Shown: positions 33,963 to 44,149 of the stretch, piece by piece
How positions within the stretch are numbered: the stretch's first letter is position 1
Layout of the letters: every line of letters starts with the position of its first letter
IMG/VR virus record: IMGVR_UViG_3300050510_000109
Coordinates: 1 to 64,000 of that record
From: a virus
Lineage: Duplodnaviria; Caudoviricetes
Strand: one strand, 5' to 3'
Length of the DNA stretch: 64,000 bases
Made by a program: the position numbers and the translations under genes
The notes under the pieces: generated by a model
Database searches by the model: none
What the model was told of the DNA's origin: nothing
The model's input: the letters and a program-made list of their open reading frames with translations, nothing else

Positions 33963-34103
33963 ATTCCCGTCCTTTAGAATTCGCCAGTATTGACCACGCC
34001 TCGACCTTTACAGGCTGTACAGGTTGTTTCTTCGTATGTCTTCTTTTTCGGATTCCATGCAGTTACTGTCTTATTGCCTTTACAGTACTGACAAACAACG
34101 TTT

Positions 34104-34499
34104 CTACCCATTTTGTTTCCAATCTTGCGGCAACTCTCCCTTGCTGGCTAGAGAGTCCAACGCCTCGAATCGCTGCACCCATGAGGGCGGCAATTTGTCT
34201 TGCGCTTCTAGCTTGAGAGCGTTTGCGTATGCACGGATCTTACGCAGGATTTCGTCTGGACTTTCGTCGGCAGAGGGTTCCGGTACCCGTTGCAGGTCCA
34301 CAATTCGGCCTGCCTTAGATAGGAACACCTGAACCTCGCCCGTTATTCCCTCGATCCCATACACGAACGATTGATCTGACTGCGTTGTGAACGTGCTGGC
34401 GTTGTCGAATCCTACCTCATATCGGGGATTGCCGTTGACACTGTTCTTAAGCCGATTGAGGCGGGTGATTGTCGCTGTGAACGCGTACCGTTTTGCCAT
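34104..34499 (-). CDS. Hypothetical protein
   Basis: GGGAG SD; NSVNGNPRY motif. Confidence 0.55.
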   Translation of the reverse strand: MAKRYAFTATITRLNRLKNSVNGNPRYEVGFDNASTFTTQSDQSFVYGIEGITGEVQVFLSKAGRIVDLQRVPEPSADESPDEILRKIRAYANALKLEAQDKLPPSWVQRFEALDSLASKGELPQDWKQNG

Positions 34500-34806
34500 T
34501 TTCGATCACTCCCTTGAGATATTTCCGGATAAGCAACCGTTTGTAGTTTTCTAGCTGAATTGCGTCTATTGCGTCACAAAGGGTGATTCCGCCATCTTTA
34601 TCATGGATCTCGACGGATTTCATCTTTGTGTCCAATTCGTCCAGAACTGCTAGGGCAAACCATATGAGAGTACGCTTAGGCACAATCCATTGAAGTTTGC
34701 AGGCAATTCTAGAGAATATCGGGAACTTATACTTTCGTCCCATTTCGTCGCCTTTCTGATGGTTCAAGACGATACACCACTTTTGTGATGCATCATCTAA
34801 AAACAT
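34447..34806 (-). CDS. Hypothetical protein
   Basis: ORF on the coding strand; start probably internal (MGRKYKF). Confidence 0.4.
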   Translation of the reverse strand: MFLDDASQKWCIVLNHQKGDEMGRKYKFPIFSRIACKLQWIVPKRTLIWFALAVLDELDTKMKSVEIHDKDGGITLCDAIDAIQLENYKRLLIRKYLKGVIENGKTVRVHSDNHPPQSA

Positions 34807-35246
34807 CAGGGAATGCGCAGGTGTGCCAGGCTTTCGCTGTTATCGTCCGATTCGTCCTTATACCTGAGGATGCCTACCTGCTCGGCGTGCTCATCACGCC
34901 ACGCGAGTTGTTCGGCCGAATAGCCGTCGAAATACTCGCTGTCTGTGTCGCCATCTTGCAAGGTGAAGAAACCCAGTGCCGTTGCTGCGACGCTGTCAAC
35001 GTCCGACCATTCCGGTGCGGCGATCCTCTCATCAAAAAGGATCTCAGCTTTACTGACCGGCCAGAACATCAATGCACGCCAGAGTTTTTTGTGATCTGAA
35101 TCGTACTCTTGCAAATCCTGAACGACCAGCAAGCCGACCGGACCCTCAAGATACGGCTCTAGCTTGTAGAATTCCGAGTTTTTCACTTTTCCTCCCAATC
35201 GGTACATAAATGTGTACTTTGCGAGAGCTAGATCTGCTTTATCCAT
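34806..35246 (-). CDS. Hypothetical protein
   Basis: TAGGA SD. Confidence 0.55.
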   Translation of the reverse strand: MDKADLALAKYTFMYRLGGKVKNSEFYKLEPYLEGPVGLLVVQDLQEYDSDHKKLWRALMFWPVSKAEILFDERIAAPEWSDVDSVAATALGFFTLQDGDTDSEYFDGYSAEQLAWRDEHAEQVGILRYKDESDDNSESLAHLRIP

Positions 35247-35312
35247 TTTGTCCGTTTCCTAACTAATGTTCCAAGAAGGTGTGTATCAGTGGATACACAC
35301 CAACTAAGCACA

Positions 35313-35519
35313 TTAGTCCGATTTGCGGAATTCCTGAGTCAATTCATCTAAAAGGTTGTCCGGCAGCAATCGCCAGTATGCTTTTGCCAAGTCATCCCAA
35401 TGAATGAGGTTGAACAGCGCGTCTAGCGCTTCGATTGCCCCATCAGTGAATTGAACGGTCACTAGTTCAGGTTGTAGGTCTTGAGAATCCCAGTCGTTTT
35501 CCATGTCTCCATTGTACAT
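35313..35519 (-). CDS. Acidic hypothetical protein
   Basis: ORF in operon. Confidence 0.45.
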   Translation of the reverse strand: MYNGDMENDWDSQDLQPELVTVQFTDGAIEALDALFNLIHWDDLAKAYWRLLPDNLLDELTQEFRKSD

Positions 35520-35525
35520 CGCGTT

Positions 35526-35726
35526 TCAGATACCGCCAAGCTTTTTCACGATGATTTCAATAACGTCTGCGCCTTCCACGTCGAAATCCTGAATGTATGT
35601 GTGGATATGGTATTTACAGGTGTAATCGTCCGTGTTGGTGGTTCCGGCGTCGGCCCAGCGGTCATCTAGTGTGTAAATGACATCGACGTAGTGACTCGCG
35701 GTTCTGTCGCATTTAATGCACTTCAC
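35526..35726 (-). CDS. Small zinc-binding protein
   Basis: CIKC...CKYH; GGGAGGG SD. Confidence 0.55.
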   Translation of the reverse strand: MKCIKCDRTASHYVDVIYTLDDRWADAGTTNTDDYTCKYHIHTYIQDFDVEGADVIEIIVKKLGGI

Positions 35727-36280
35727 AATTTCCCTCCCTTTTGCATTTTCCCAGCCTGCACCCGTATCCTAGGATGCTCGCCACATAGTAAATCAAACAT
35801 AAGTGCAGGTCAAGCCACGATTGGACCGTTCGTAGATTCACCAACATTGATGTTCTAAAACTCGCTGACCTGTGCTGATCCTTTTTCCTCTTTATTATAG
35901 AGCGCGGCTACCTGATAGACGATCATGGGTCGATCAATCGCTTTCGATCCGAAACCGTGGTGTCCTACTCCAGTGTACACCACTGTCACCCCCAATCCAA
36001 AATAAAACTTAAGTTATTTTATTTCATGTAATGTCGGAATATTAACACTTATACGAGGTTAGGGTACCCTGCAAAGACATAGACGGTTACAAGATAATCT
36101 TCTATTCTGGTCAGGGCCGGTCCTTTTTTCCCCACTGAAAGATCAATCCCACTATGTGGACAAAAAGTTAGGGTGACCTTAGTTGAGAGTCGAAACTAAA
36201 TGGTGATCAAGGCGGGCGCCTGCGGCGCGGTCGCGGCGCTGCGCGCCACTCTTATCTAGTTGCTCGTTCCACTTAGGTAT

Positions 36281-36447
36281 AGAGAAAAAGGGATCAGGAT
36301 CTTGACGGGGCGATGAGCTGGTGAAAGGTTGATTGGTGATAGTGGAGGGTATCGATGTGATCTTGGTGAGTTGGCGCTGAGCTGCGGGTATGTGTTTCGG
36401 GTGAAGTTGATCTCTTTTGGTCTATAATACAGAGAAAAAGGGATCAG
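36281..36447. repeat. 17-bp direct repeat, 150 bp apart
   Basis: AGAGAAAAAGGGATCAG at 36281-36297 and 36431-36447. Confidence 0.7.
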
Positions 36448-36537
36448 AGCTGATCAGATGGTGTTAGTGGACTATGTTTGGTAGACTATGTGGGTTTTGG
36501 GTGTGACCAGGGGAGATGTTGCCTCCCCTGATCGGGG

Positions 36538-36999
36538 TTAGTCGATGGTTAATTGTCCGTATTTGGTCAGGATGGCGGCAATCCACATGAGTTGTCGCTC
36601 TCCGTGGGGGGTGACGACGAAAGCCGGGCCGGTGCGGGTCGTGCGGCAGGGCTGGCCCACGTCGGCTTTGCAGCGTCTACAGGGCACCTCTCGCAGGCTG
36701 GCAGCGTGGCGCAGTAGTTCGGCCATGCCTGCCAGGGTTCGGGGCGCTACCGGCGTGCTGGGTGCCTCGGGCGCGGTGGGCTCGATGGCCCACTCGATGG
36801 CGTGCAGGAGTCGATCATGTGTGCCCTGGCGGATCTCGATCATGTTTGAGGCGATCAGTCGATCAAGCGTTTGTTGACCATGGTTGATTCTGATCAAGGC
36901 TTCGCTGCACCAAGGGTGAGAGGAGATGTAGTCCCACGCGGCAAGCATGCGTTTGCCGGGCCGTAGTGGACGCTGAGCGCTGTTGATCTCGTTTTGCAC
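36538..36999 (-). CDS. Zinc-finger domain protein
   Basis: VPCRRCKADVGQPCRTT...H; GAAGG SD; more GC-rich than its neighbours. Confidence 0.55.
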   Translation of the reverse strand: MQNEINSAQRPLRPGKRMLAAWDYISSHPWCSEALIRINHGQQTLDRLIASNMIEIRQGTHDRLLHAIEWAIEPTAPEAPSTPVAPRTLAGMAELLRHAASLREVPCRRCKADVGQPCRTTRTGPAFVVTPHGERQLMWIAAILTKYGQLTID

Positions 37000-37433
37000 A
37001 GTCGTGTCTACCTTCGCTGTTGATATTGGTTAGGGACGCCCTGAGCGGGTACACCCATGTTGACCAGTATACACGCTGTAATACACAAGTGTACACACCC
37101 GCACACACGCCTTGATCAAAAAGCGTTTTGCCTGGCCACCGGAATTTTCGAGTTTTCGCGATCTATGTAAATAGATCTATGCCCTAGATCATAATCATTT
37201 CATGATCATCTGTTCCGGCTGAATCCACGCAATTGCCACAAATCGTGACAAATCCGACAATCCTCACAAATCGGACATTTGCCCTAGATCACCTAATGTC
37301 AGGACAAAATAGGACAAACACCCATACCCCATGACCGATGCTGATCAACTAGGACCAGCCGGTCATGGGGTACAAAATGCTACAAATCCGGACATATACG
37401 TACATACCCGGACATAGACCACCTTACTACGGT

Positions 37434-37685
37434 TTATAGCCTGATCAGCGGATATTGGTTAATATGGATGAATTCGATCGCTATTGCGGAGAATGTCCGA
37501 GTTCTCCCTTCAGAGTCGATACCGTCGAACTGTCCCCAAATGTCCGGTTCGCCCAGAGCTACGCAGTAACGCTCGTTTTGGGTGTCGAAGACCGTTCCGA
37601 GCGTAATGCCTGACTCGTGCTGTTCGGGCTGAATGTCCGGTTTCTCCCGGAATGGCTTCAATGGGTCATAAGGCATGTTCGTCAC
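37434..37685 (-). CDS. Hypothetical protein
   Basis: 4-bp overlap with the upstream ORF. Confidence 0.45.
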   Translation of the reverse strand: MTNMPYDPLKPFREKPDIQPEQHESGITLGTVFDTQNERYCVALGEPDIWGQFDGIDSEGRTRTFSAIAIEFIHINQYPLIRL

Positions 37686-37894
37686 ATCCGGACGTATTGT
37701 CCGTCTTGCCCGATGAATACCCTTTGTCCGTTTCTGTTACGAAACATCTCAAAGAAGCCGGTAAAGTTGGTTCCGGTCGATTTGGAGTGTTTGTCCGTAG
37801 TCGCGGGCATATGGCACGGTAGCGGCCATTTTGTCGGCACACGCTCCTCTTGGGACTTTTGCTCCACATAGCGCATTTCTTCATAGAAGTTCAT
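37682..37894 (-). CDS. Hypothetical protein
   Basis: ORF in the repeat zone. Confidence 0.4.
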   Translation of the reverse strand: MNFYEEMRYVEQKSQEERVPTKWPLPCHMPATTDKHSKSTGTNFTGFFEMFRNRNGQRVFIGQDGQYVRM

Positions 37895-38196
37895 CTATTG
37901 TCCCGTCCGTCCGTTTTGGGATACACGCCCGATATGCGCTATATTGACCTAGATCTATGCACTTATAGACACTCATCTCTGGAATTCGTACGATTAAGCG
38001 ATCTAAATGCATGGATGGATGGATCATTGATCTTATTTCAGTCAATATCCGCATATCGTAGTGTTTGACCGATTTGTCCTACTTGACCCATTTCTGGGTG
38101 GTATGCACTACTATGCGCAGTAAGGTGGCCTATGACTGGGTATGTTCTACTTTGTCAGCATGGGTGGCTTATGCGTGCCATGTCCGGTTTAGGATA

Positions 38197-38499
38197 CTAT
38201 CCGCCAATAAGCAGGTCTCGCACCAATTCGCCGTGTTTGCGCCATCTGACCAGTTTGCTCAGTTCGTCCTGTGTGCCCAGTTCGACGCATCTGACGTAGT
38301 TTAGGGCGAAAGCTTCCACGGTGTCCCATTTGTCATAATGTGCCTGCCATAGGGTGTATGCGTGGTCTAGGACGTAACCTCCCACACTGGGCGAATCCCA
38401 CCGAAATGTGCTGAAACGGTTGGATGTGTCCGACTGTGCGGCTTTGATGAACGTTTGGACGAATTGGACCAGATCGACGCTTTTGTCCGAATTTGTCAT
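38197..38499 (-). CDS. Hypothetical protein
   Basis: 4-bp overlap with the upstream ORF. Confidence 0.45.
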   Translation of the reverse strand: MTNSDKSVDLVQFVQTFIKAAQSDTSNRFSTFRWDSPSVGGYVLDHAYTLWQAHYDKWDTVEAFALNYVRCVELGTQDELSKLVRWRKHGELVRDLLIGG

Positions 38500-38780
38500 G
38501 ATTGGGCCGCCTTGTCGCGCATCGCCTTAATCATCCCAGATGTCAGAACTACGACATCATCCCACGTTCGGGCGCTTTGTCCGTATTCAGCGTTAAATGC
38601 CTTAATTGTCCAACCTTTGCGCGGTTCGAAGGCATATTTACGCATATAGCCGGTAGTGCGCCAATAGTGCAGTCTTGCGATGGCTTGTACGGCTCTGACG
38701 TTTTCCTCACCAGAGATCACGATTGTCTCGTTTGACATGACATGTCCTATCTGTCCGATTTGGATGATATGTGTGGACAT
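38496..38780 (-). CDS. Hypothetical protein
   Basis: ORF in the repeat zone; start uncertain. Confidence 0.45.
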   Translation of the reverse strand: MSTHIIQIGQIGHVMSNETIVISGEENVRAVQAIARLHYWRTTGYMRKYAFEPRKGWTIKAFNAEYGQSARTWDDVVVLTSGMIKAMRDKAAQS

Positions 38781-38885
38781 GGCACGTATGAGCCAACCAT
38801 ACTGATTTGGGTAGATACAGCAGCTTTTATCCGGACATGTCCGCTTTGTTACGCTATTGTCCTAGATGTCCGATTTGTAGCTTAT

Positions 38886-39161
38886 TTACCTTGTTTCGTA
38901 CTTTCGGGCGAGCGCAGCGTCGTGGTGTGCTTGCTCCACAAATGTCCGCTCGTGTCCGTGATCGTGGTCATGTACGTGATTGTCCGGATTGTCCTGTTCT
39001 GCCACGAATTCGCCGAATTGCTCCAGAAAGATGGCGTATGCCCGATGTAGCAGGTCTTGCGCCTCATCGACCAGTTTGACGTGTTCGCCCGCTTTGCGCG
39101 CTAGGAGCAATTTGCGGAACATGTCCAGATCGCGCTCTATGGTCGATGTGTTGTGAGCCAT
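38886..39161 (-). CDS. His-rich hypothetical protein
   Basis: Internal ATG (MAHNTS) of ORF-track 38886-39509; HVHDHDHGH. Confidence 0.35.
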   Translation of the reverse strand: MAHNTSTIERDLDMFRKLLLARKAGEHVKLVDEAQDLLHRAYAIFLEQFGEFVAEQDNPDNHVHDHDHGHERTFVEQAHHDAALARKYETR

Positions 39162-40475
39162 GGCTTGCGCGACAGTTGCGGTATTTTGTCCGGCTCGTAC
39201 TTCCATGATACACATTATGGCTTTTCTCCCTCTATGTCCGATTTTGTAGTACTTTGAACGGACATGTCCAGATAGAAGCTGCTGTGTCCCGATATCCAAC
39301 CATTGCCCGCCATGTCCGGTTTGGTACCTCTCGTCACACTTTGTGGCGAGTTGTCCCCCGTTAAGGGGTTTGTGCCGGAATGGGAGGGTTAGTGTGTCAT
39401 GCCCAACATGAGCAGAATGGGCGATTTCTCCAAAATGACCAAAGCTGCCGCATGTAGGCTGACAAGGGTGAGAATGTGCGTTGCGTGGTGAGTTGCCACC
39501 CTTGCACACCTACGTCCGATTTGGCTGGCTTTGGGGTGATTGCGCGGAGCTTCGTGCTTGCCCATGATTGTCTCCAATGTCCGATTTTGCACTGGTTGGG
39601 TGTATTGTCGGACATGGCGAGTAATGGCTGGATATCAGGGGATATGTCGCAATCGTGGTGCTCTGACCCAACATGCCGTATTTGTGCTAGTTGTCCGATT
39701 CTTCCGGCTTGGGCTTTGTGGCCACCTCTGAGGCAATAATCCCAGAGATCACAAGTGCGGTAATGATGACGATTTCCACGGGATTCTCCTAAATGTCCGA
39801 ATTGTCAGGTATGCACCAAGTATCGTCTTCGACCTGTCTGTACTGTCCGTCCACAAACACGAACAATAGCCCGAATATCAGGATTGTCAGGTTTATGCCT
39901 ACTTGTCCGATTTGTCCTACAACGTGCATTCCGGCCAGATTGTGGACGGTTTGGGCTAGATCGCGTGCAATCCAGCTAGAATCATCCATATTGGACCATA
40001 AATGCGCATATACGTCGGTATGGGGGTTTTGCGCCAGCACGTGCGGTTTAGGTACGTACATGACTTACGCCCCGGTATCAGGTGAGTTGTCCGGAATGTA
40101 GCAGAGTGCGAAGATTGATGCCTTTGGCGTCACTTCGACCCCTATGTGACAACTTTCCGTTCCGAGAACTATGCCCGAATTGTCCGACCCGTTGTAGAAC
40201 GTCACGAAGAATGCCAGTATGACCAGAAGAATCACGATATGCTCCCTTATGTCCGATTATGCCCGTATATACACCCCTATCTAATATTTTGTCCGATTTC
40301 ATGATCGCGGGCTCCGGAATTTTCGGACTTTTGCGATCTATTATACTAAATAGGGGTACCTCAGGTCATTTCCGGACATGTCAGGCCAAAGCACCATGAA
40401 TGCGACATATCCTACCCAGCTACGACATACTAGGACAAAACCCGACATGTACGGACATGTCCGATTTTTCCGAAA

Positions 40476-40712
40476 TTAGACGCTTATGCCCCATGTCAGC
40501 TCAACGTACGCTATAACGGCATCTTCCTCGTTATCGTACGATTTAGCGGATATTTCGGACTCGCCGGAACTGTCCCATTCTACTACGTTAAAGTACTCTT
40601 TGTCCGGCAATTCGTACATTGTCACGGTATTTCCGGACATGTCGTACTTATACGCATCTGCTACGATACGTCCGTGATCGTGCATTTGTCCGACTTTGTG
40701 CTGACTTGTCAT
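40476..40712 (-). CDS. Acidic hypothetical protein
   Basis: AGGGAG SD; YDMSGN...ELPD. Confidence 0.5.
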   Translation of the reverse strand: MTSQHKVGQMHDHGRIVADAYKYDMSGNTVTMYELPDKEYFNVVEWDSSGESEISAKSYDNEEDAVIAYVELTWGISV

Positions 40713-40852
40713 TACTTCTCCCTAAATGTCCGTTTTTGTCCGGACATGTCGAGATTTGTCCCAGTATGTCTAGCCATTTCGTGACAAAGGGTAATTTCTT
40801 GCAACTTATCCTGATGCATCCAGATATGCCGGGATATGTCCGATTTTTCTAC

Positions 40853-41179
40853 TTAAATCCCAACAATTCCGTACGAATCGGAATTATCGGTTATTTTGAG
40901 AATTATCGGCTCATTTCCGACATCTTCCCCATTTTCGTCTACTTCCAGACATTTCAGGACATGGGTGACAATTACGACATCTCCGGGTTTTTCCTGATAT
41001 GTGGTAACTGTCATGATTTCGTACTCTTTGTCCTGATATTGCAGGTAATATCCGATTTGGGGGAGATATCCCAGATTAACCCCTAAGTACGTGTTTTTCC
41101 CGAAATATGCGGGAATTTCCGGCAATTCCTCATTTGAGATGAGATTTCCGGACTTGTCGTACATAGTGTCATATGCCAT
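40853..41179 (-). CDS. Acidic hypothetical protein
   Basis: AAGGGG SD before MAYD; YDKSGN...ELPE. Confidence 0.5.
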   Translation of the reverse strand: MAYDTMYDKSGNLISNEELPEIPAYFGKNTYLGVNLGYLPQIGYYLQYQDKEYEIMTVTTYQEKPGDVVIVTHVLKCLEVDENGEDVGNEPIILKITDNSDSYGIVGI

Positions 41180-41883
41180 GGTATGTCCCCTTATGTCCGT
41201 TTTTATCCTGATTTGTACGGACATACCCCGACATAACCGGATACATCAGGATTTTCCCGTCATTCCACGGAAAATCCGCCTTTGTCCGATTTATCCACTC
41301 TTTAGTTCTCAAAGGACCATTTTGTGCATTTTTCGGACATTTCCTGTATGTCCGTTTTTCCCCTTTTGCCCCCTTTCGCCGCTTCCTACCTATATTATAC
41401 TGCGAGCTAAGTCGACTAAGTCTATCGTACCAAATCCGGACATATCCCCATATAGCGGGACAGGCATATCCGCATATATCCAGATAAATCGGACATATCA
41501 GCCTATACCGGAAGTTGATCTGTGACGTGCGACACACCACTATATCCGGATATAGTGTATATATCCCCATATGTCCGATTTATACCCCCTTACAAGATCA
41601 CCGCGGGGGTGATCTTGACCTATTATCCTCTTATTTCGTATAAATCCTGACAAATCGGACATATCGTATTTAAGCTGAAAAAAGGTAAAAAACTATATTA
41701 AAAATGATAAATCGGAAATGTCGGAATTTGGCGTCTGTCTTTTACATCGAGTTTCGTTTTTATACTTGGTTAAGTTAGTAATCTTAGTAATTTTAGTCGT
41801 TTTTCCTATTAGCGCATTAAGTACCAACATAGTCAACCTAGTACACACTATCCAATTGCCAATTCATCCTTTACACTCATGTC

Positions 41884-42612
41884 ATGACCGATCAAATCCA
41901 ATCTATCCAGCCTAAAGTTCAGATTGCATATATACATGGAGACTTCGTCTCGCACAGCTTTCATCACAGCATTATGGCTCTGTCAAATTCACCCAATGCA
42001 TCTCAGCTATATACCAAAGAACACATCTCAGCTCTCTCCGATGCTATGAGCATTCCGGAATCACGTAATGCCTTGATGAATTACTTCCTGGACGCTACCG
42101 ATGCCACCCACATTTTCTGGATCGACACAGATATGGGCTTTGCCCCCGACACTGTAGAAAAGCTACTGGAGACTGGCAAGGACGTGATCGGAGCTTTGTG
42201 CAAGGGATTGAGCAAATATCAAACAGATGGGTACGGAGGCTATCTCACCAAGGAATTTATTACTGCATACGATTTAACTCAGTACAAAGTTGGCGATTCA
42301 GATGACAGGCAAGATTTCATCGCTTTCACTTTAAAGCAGGACCTAGATCTTGACTCGGGTGAGCTGATATCAGTCGCCGCCACTGGTACGGCCGCTCTGT
42401 TGATCTCACGGGACGCTGCGTACCGTGTGCGCAACTTCTACGGCTCGCGCTTCTTTGAGCGCATCCAGATGCGCGACCCTGACCCCAAAGTTCGACCTCA
42501 CATTATCAGTGAGGACTTGAGTTTCTGTTACCGTCTGGCGACTGTGGGAATCCCAGTGTTCATACATCCTAAAGTGGTTACTACACATGCCAAGACTGTG
42601 TGGCTACAGTGA
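41884..42612 (+). CDS. Glycosyltransferase (GT-A fold)
   Basis: ESRNAL, HIFWIDTDMGF DxD motif, ATGTAALLISR, SEDLSFCYRL. Confidence 0.75.
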   Translation: MTDQIQSIQPKVQIAYIHGDFVSHSFHHSIMALSNSPNASQLYTKEHISALSDAMSIPESRNALMNYFLDATDATHIFWIDTDMGFAPDTVEKLLETGKDVIGALCKGLSKYQTDGYGGYLTKEFITAYDLTQYKVGDSDDRQDFIAFTLKQDLDLDSGELISVAATGTAALLISRDAAYRVRNFYGSRFFERIQMRDPDPKVRPHIISEDLSFCYRLATVGIPVFIHPKVVTTHAKTVWLQ

Positions 42613-42790
42613 AAGACAAACGAGCGGGTGCTTGTTTGCGCGGTCCTTGCAAATTACCTCGGCGTTGTTGGCAGTCCGATATATGTTTCTTGTTTGGTGA
42701 GCGATCAATAGATGAATCCGAAGAGCTAGTGGACCTTTACCCTTGCCCAAGCTGCGGAGCGGCTATGATGAAAGGTAAGCATGTAATGCC

Positions 42791-42994
42791 ATGGGGATTA
42801 GACAACTAACCTACATTTCAGTTTTCGAAATAATAACTTTCATTGCCGTAGACTGGATAACTGGCTGGACCATACTAGCCTTTGTCTGCGCAACTATTAG
42901 TGGGATTTTGGCCTCGAAGGATTGGCGAGATAATGAAAAGAATAACAGTGGATCAGGAACGCGCAATAGTAGTGGAGATAGTAGAATTACCTGA
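42791..42994 (+). CDS. Small membrane protein
   Basis: Two hydrophobic segments. Confidence 0.35.
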   Translation: MGIRQLTYISVFEIITFIAVDWITGWTILAFVCATISGILASKDWRDNEKNNSGSGTRNSSGDSRIT

Positions 42995-43110
42995 TGAGAT
43001 CTGCAACAAATGCAGCGGCTCGCTAATCGATGGCAAGCACTTGATTCCGTGGGATTGTCCGGACAGCAACCCACTAGAAGATATAAAAGAACAATTAAGG
43101 AAAGATAAAG

Positions 43111-43305
43111 ATGCATATCTTAGAGGTTGATTATGCCGGGAGGCATATCTGTAATAAGTTCTGTCGCTGTCCGGTTCACGGATCTGATATGTTGTACTCG
43201 CCCAGCGCAGATTTGCATGCGTGCGTTGACATCACCTGTCGCTACGCTCACGGGTACGAGATCCAAATCGTGGAAGAAATGAAGTCGTGGAAGAACTACA
43301 GGTAA
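43111..43305 (+). CDS. Small Cys/His-rich protein
   Basis: CRCPVHG...CVDITC. Confidence 0.4.
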   Translation: MHILEVDYAGRHICNKFCRCPVHGSDMLYSPSADLHACVDITCRYAHGYEIQIVEEMKSWKNYR

Positions 43306-43309
43306 TGCC

Positions 43310-43612
43310 ATGACCTTTGTGGACAAGCTGCCGTACCATGCAGTAAAGATTGGACCAAAGAATTGGTATTGTCCAGTTCTGGACAACGAAGATAATTGGG
43401 TGGCCATTACGGAATACCACCTGGAAATCACCGGGCGTATCTGTGCTGGGTTCGTGCCGTTTAATATCAAGAGCGAGATATTCACGCCCAGAGCAGCCAA
43501 GTGGAATGTACACAGCTACGACCCACTTACGCTTACTCCGTCGCTGTTGTGCAGGACTTGTGGTTCACATGGTTTTATTACGGAGGGGCGATGGGTGCAG
43601 GCAAGGAACTAG
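43310..43612 (+). CDS. DUF6527-like protein
   Basis: W...PLTLTPSLLCRTCGSHGFITEGRW. Confidence 0.55.
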   Translation: MTFVDKLPYHAVKIGPKNWYCPVLDNEDNWVAITEYHLEITGRICAGFVPFNIKSEIFTPRAAKWNVHSYDPLTLTPSLLCRTCGSHGFITEGRWVQARN

Positions 43613-43752
43613 CAAATGACCACATATTTCATTGGACACCGCACATAGAGATAAGGTTGCCTAAAGATCCAAAGAAGTTGGAAGAGTTAGCTAATTTGAT
43701 CAAGTCTATCCTCGAAGATAATAAACAAGAGTAGGAAGAGATAAGAAAAGAT

Positions 43753-43938
43753 ATGGCATTCTTCAGGGTATTAAGAGAGCAAGATGAGCAAATAGAGTTA
43801 CGGATCGAGTTTGACAGCCGCAAGGAAGCAGCACTGTTGTATTACGAGCTGATTGAGGCGAAATCCGAGTGGTCCCAAGCTGCCAAGACGTTTCTGTTGG
43901 CTATGCAAAGCGCTGCCGAAAGGCCCAAACTTCACTGA
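43753..43938 (+). CDS. Hypothetical protein
   Basis: ORF on the coding strand. Confidence 0.45.
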   Translation: MAFFRVLREQDEQIELRIEFDSRKEAALLYYELIEAKSEWSQAAKTFLLAMQSAAERPKLH

Positions 43939-43959
43939 CAACTCACTGACAACTCACTA
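43933..43959. repeat. 11-bp tandem repeat (about 2.5 copies)
   Basis: CACTGACAACT CACTGACAACT CACTA. Confidence 0.6.
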
Positions 43960-44149
43960 GCACTCGAAACCAGGTGGGCAAATTGAGGAATGAAAATCCG
44001 CTGGACTGCATCAAGTGTTGGGACTGGTACCTGACCCTGCCACTGCATATAGTCTCCAGTGCAGCCTCGGTAGGAATAAGTCGAGACATGAGCACAGCCA
44101 ACGTGTTAAGGGCGTATGTTCGTGATTACCACCAAAAAGGACATCGGGA

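Larger units (their letters stand above)
37240..41700. repeat. Dense dispersed/tandem ~10-bp repeat zone (consensus WTGTCCGAWTT)
   Basis: Manual count about 53 TGTCCG/CGGACA hexamers in 4.4 kb (about 2 expected); 10-bp phased runs at 37381-37420, 40404-40463 and 40681-40780. Confidence 0.85.
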
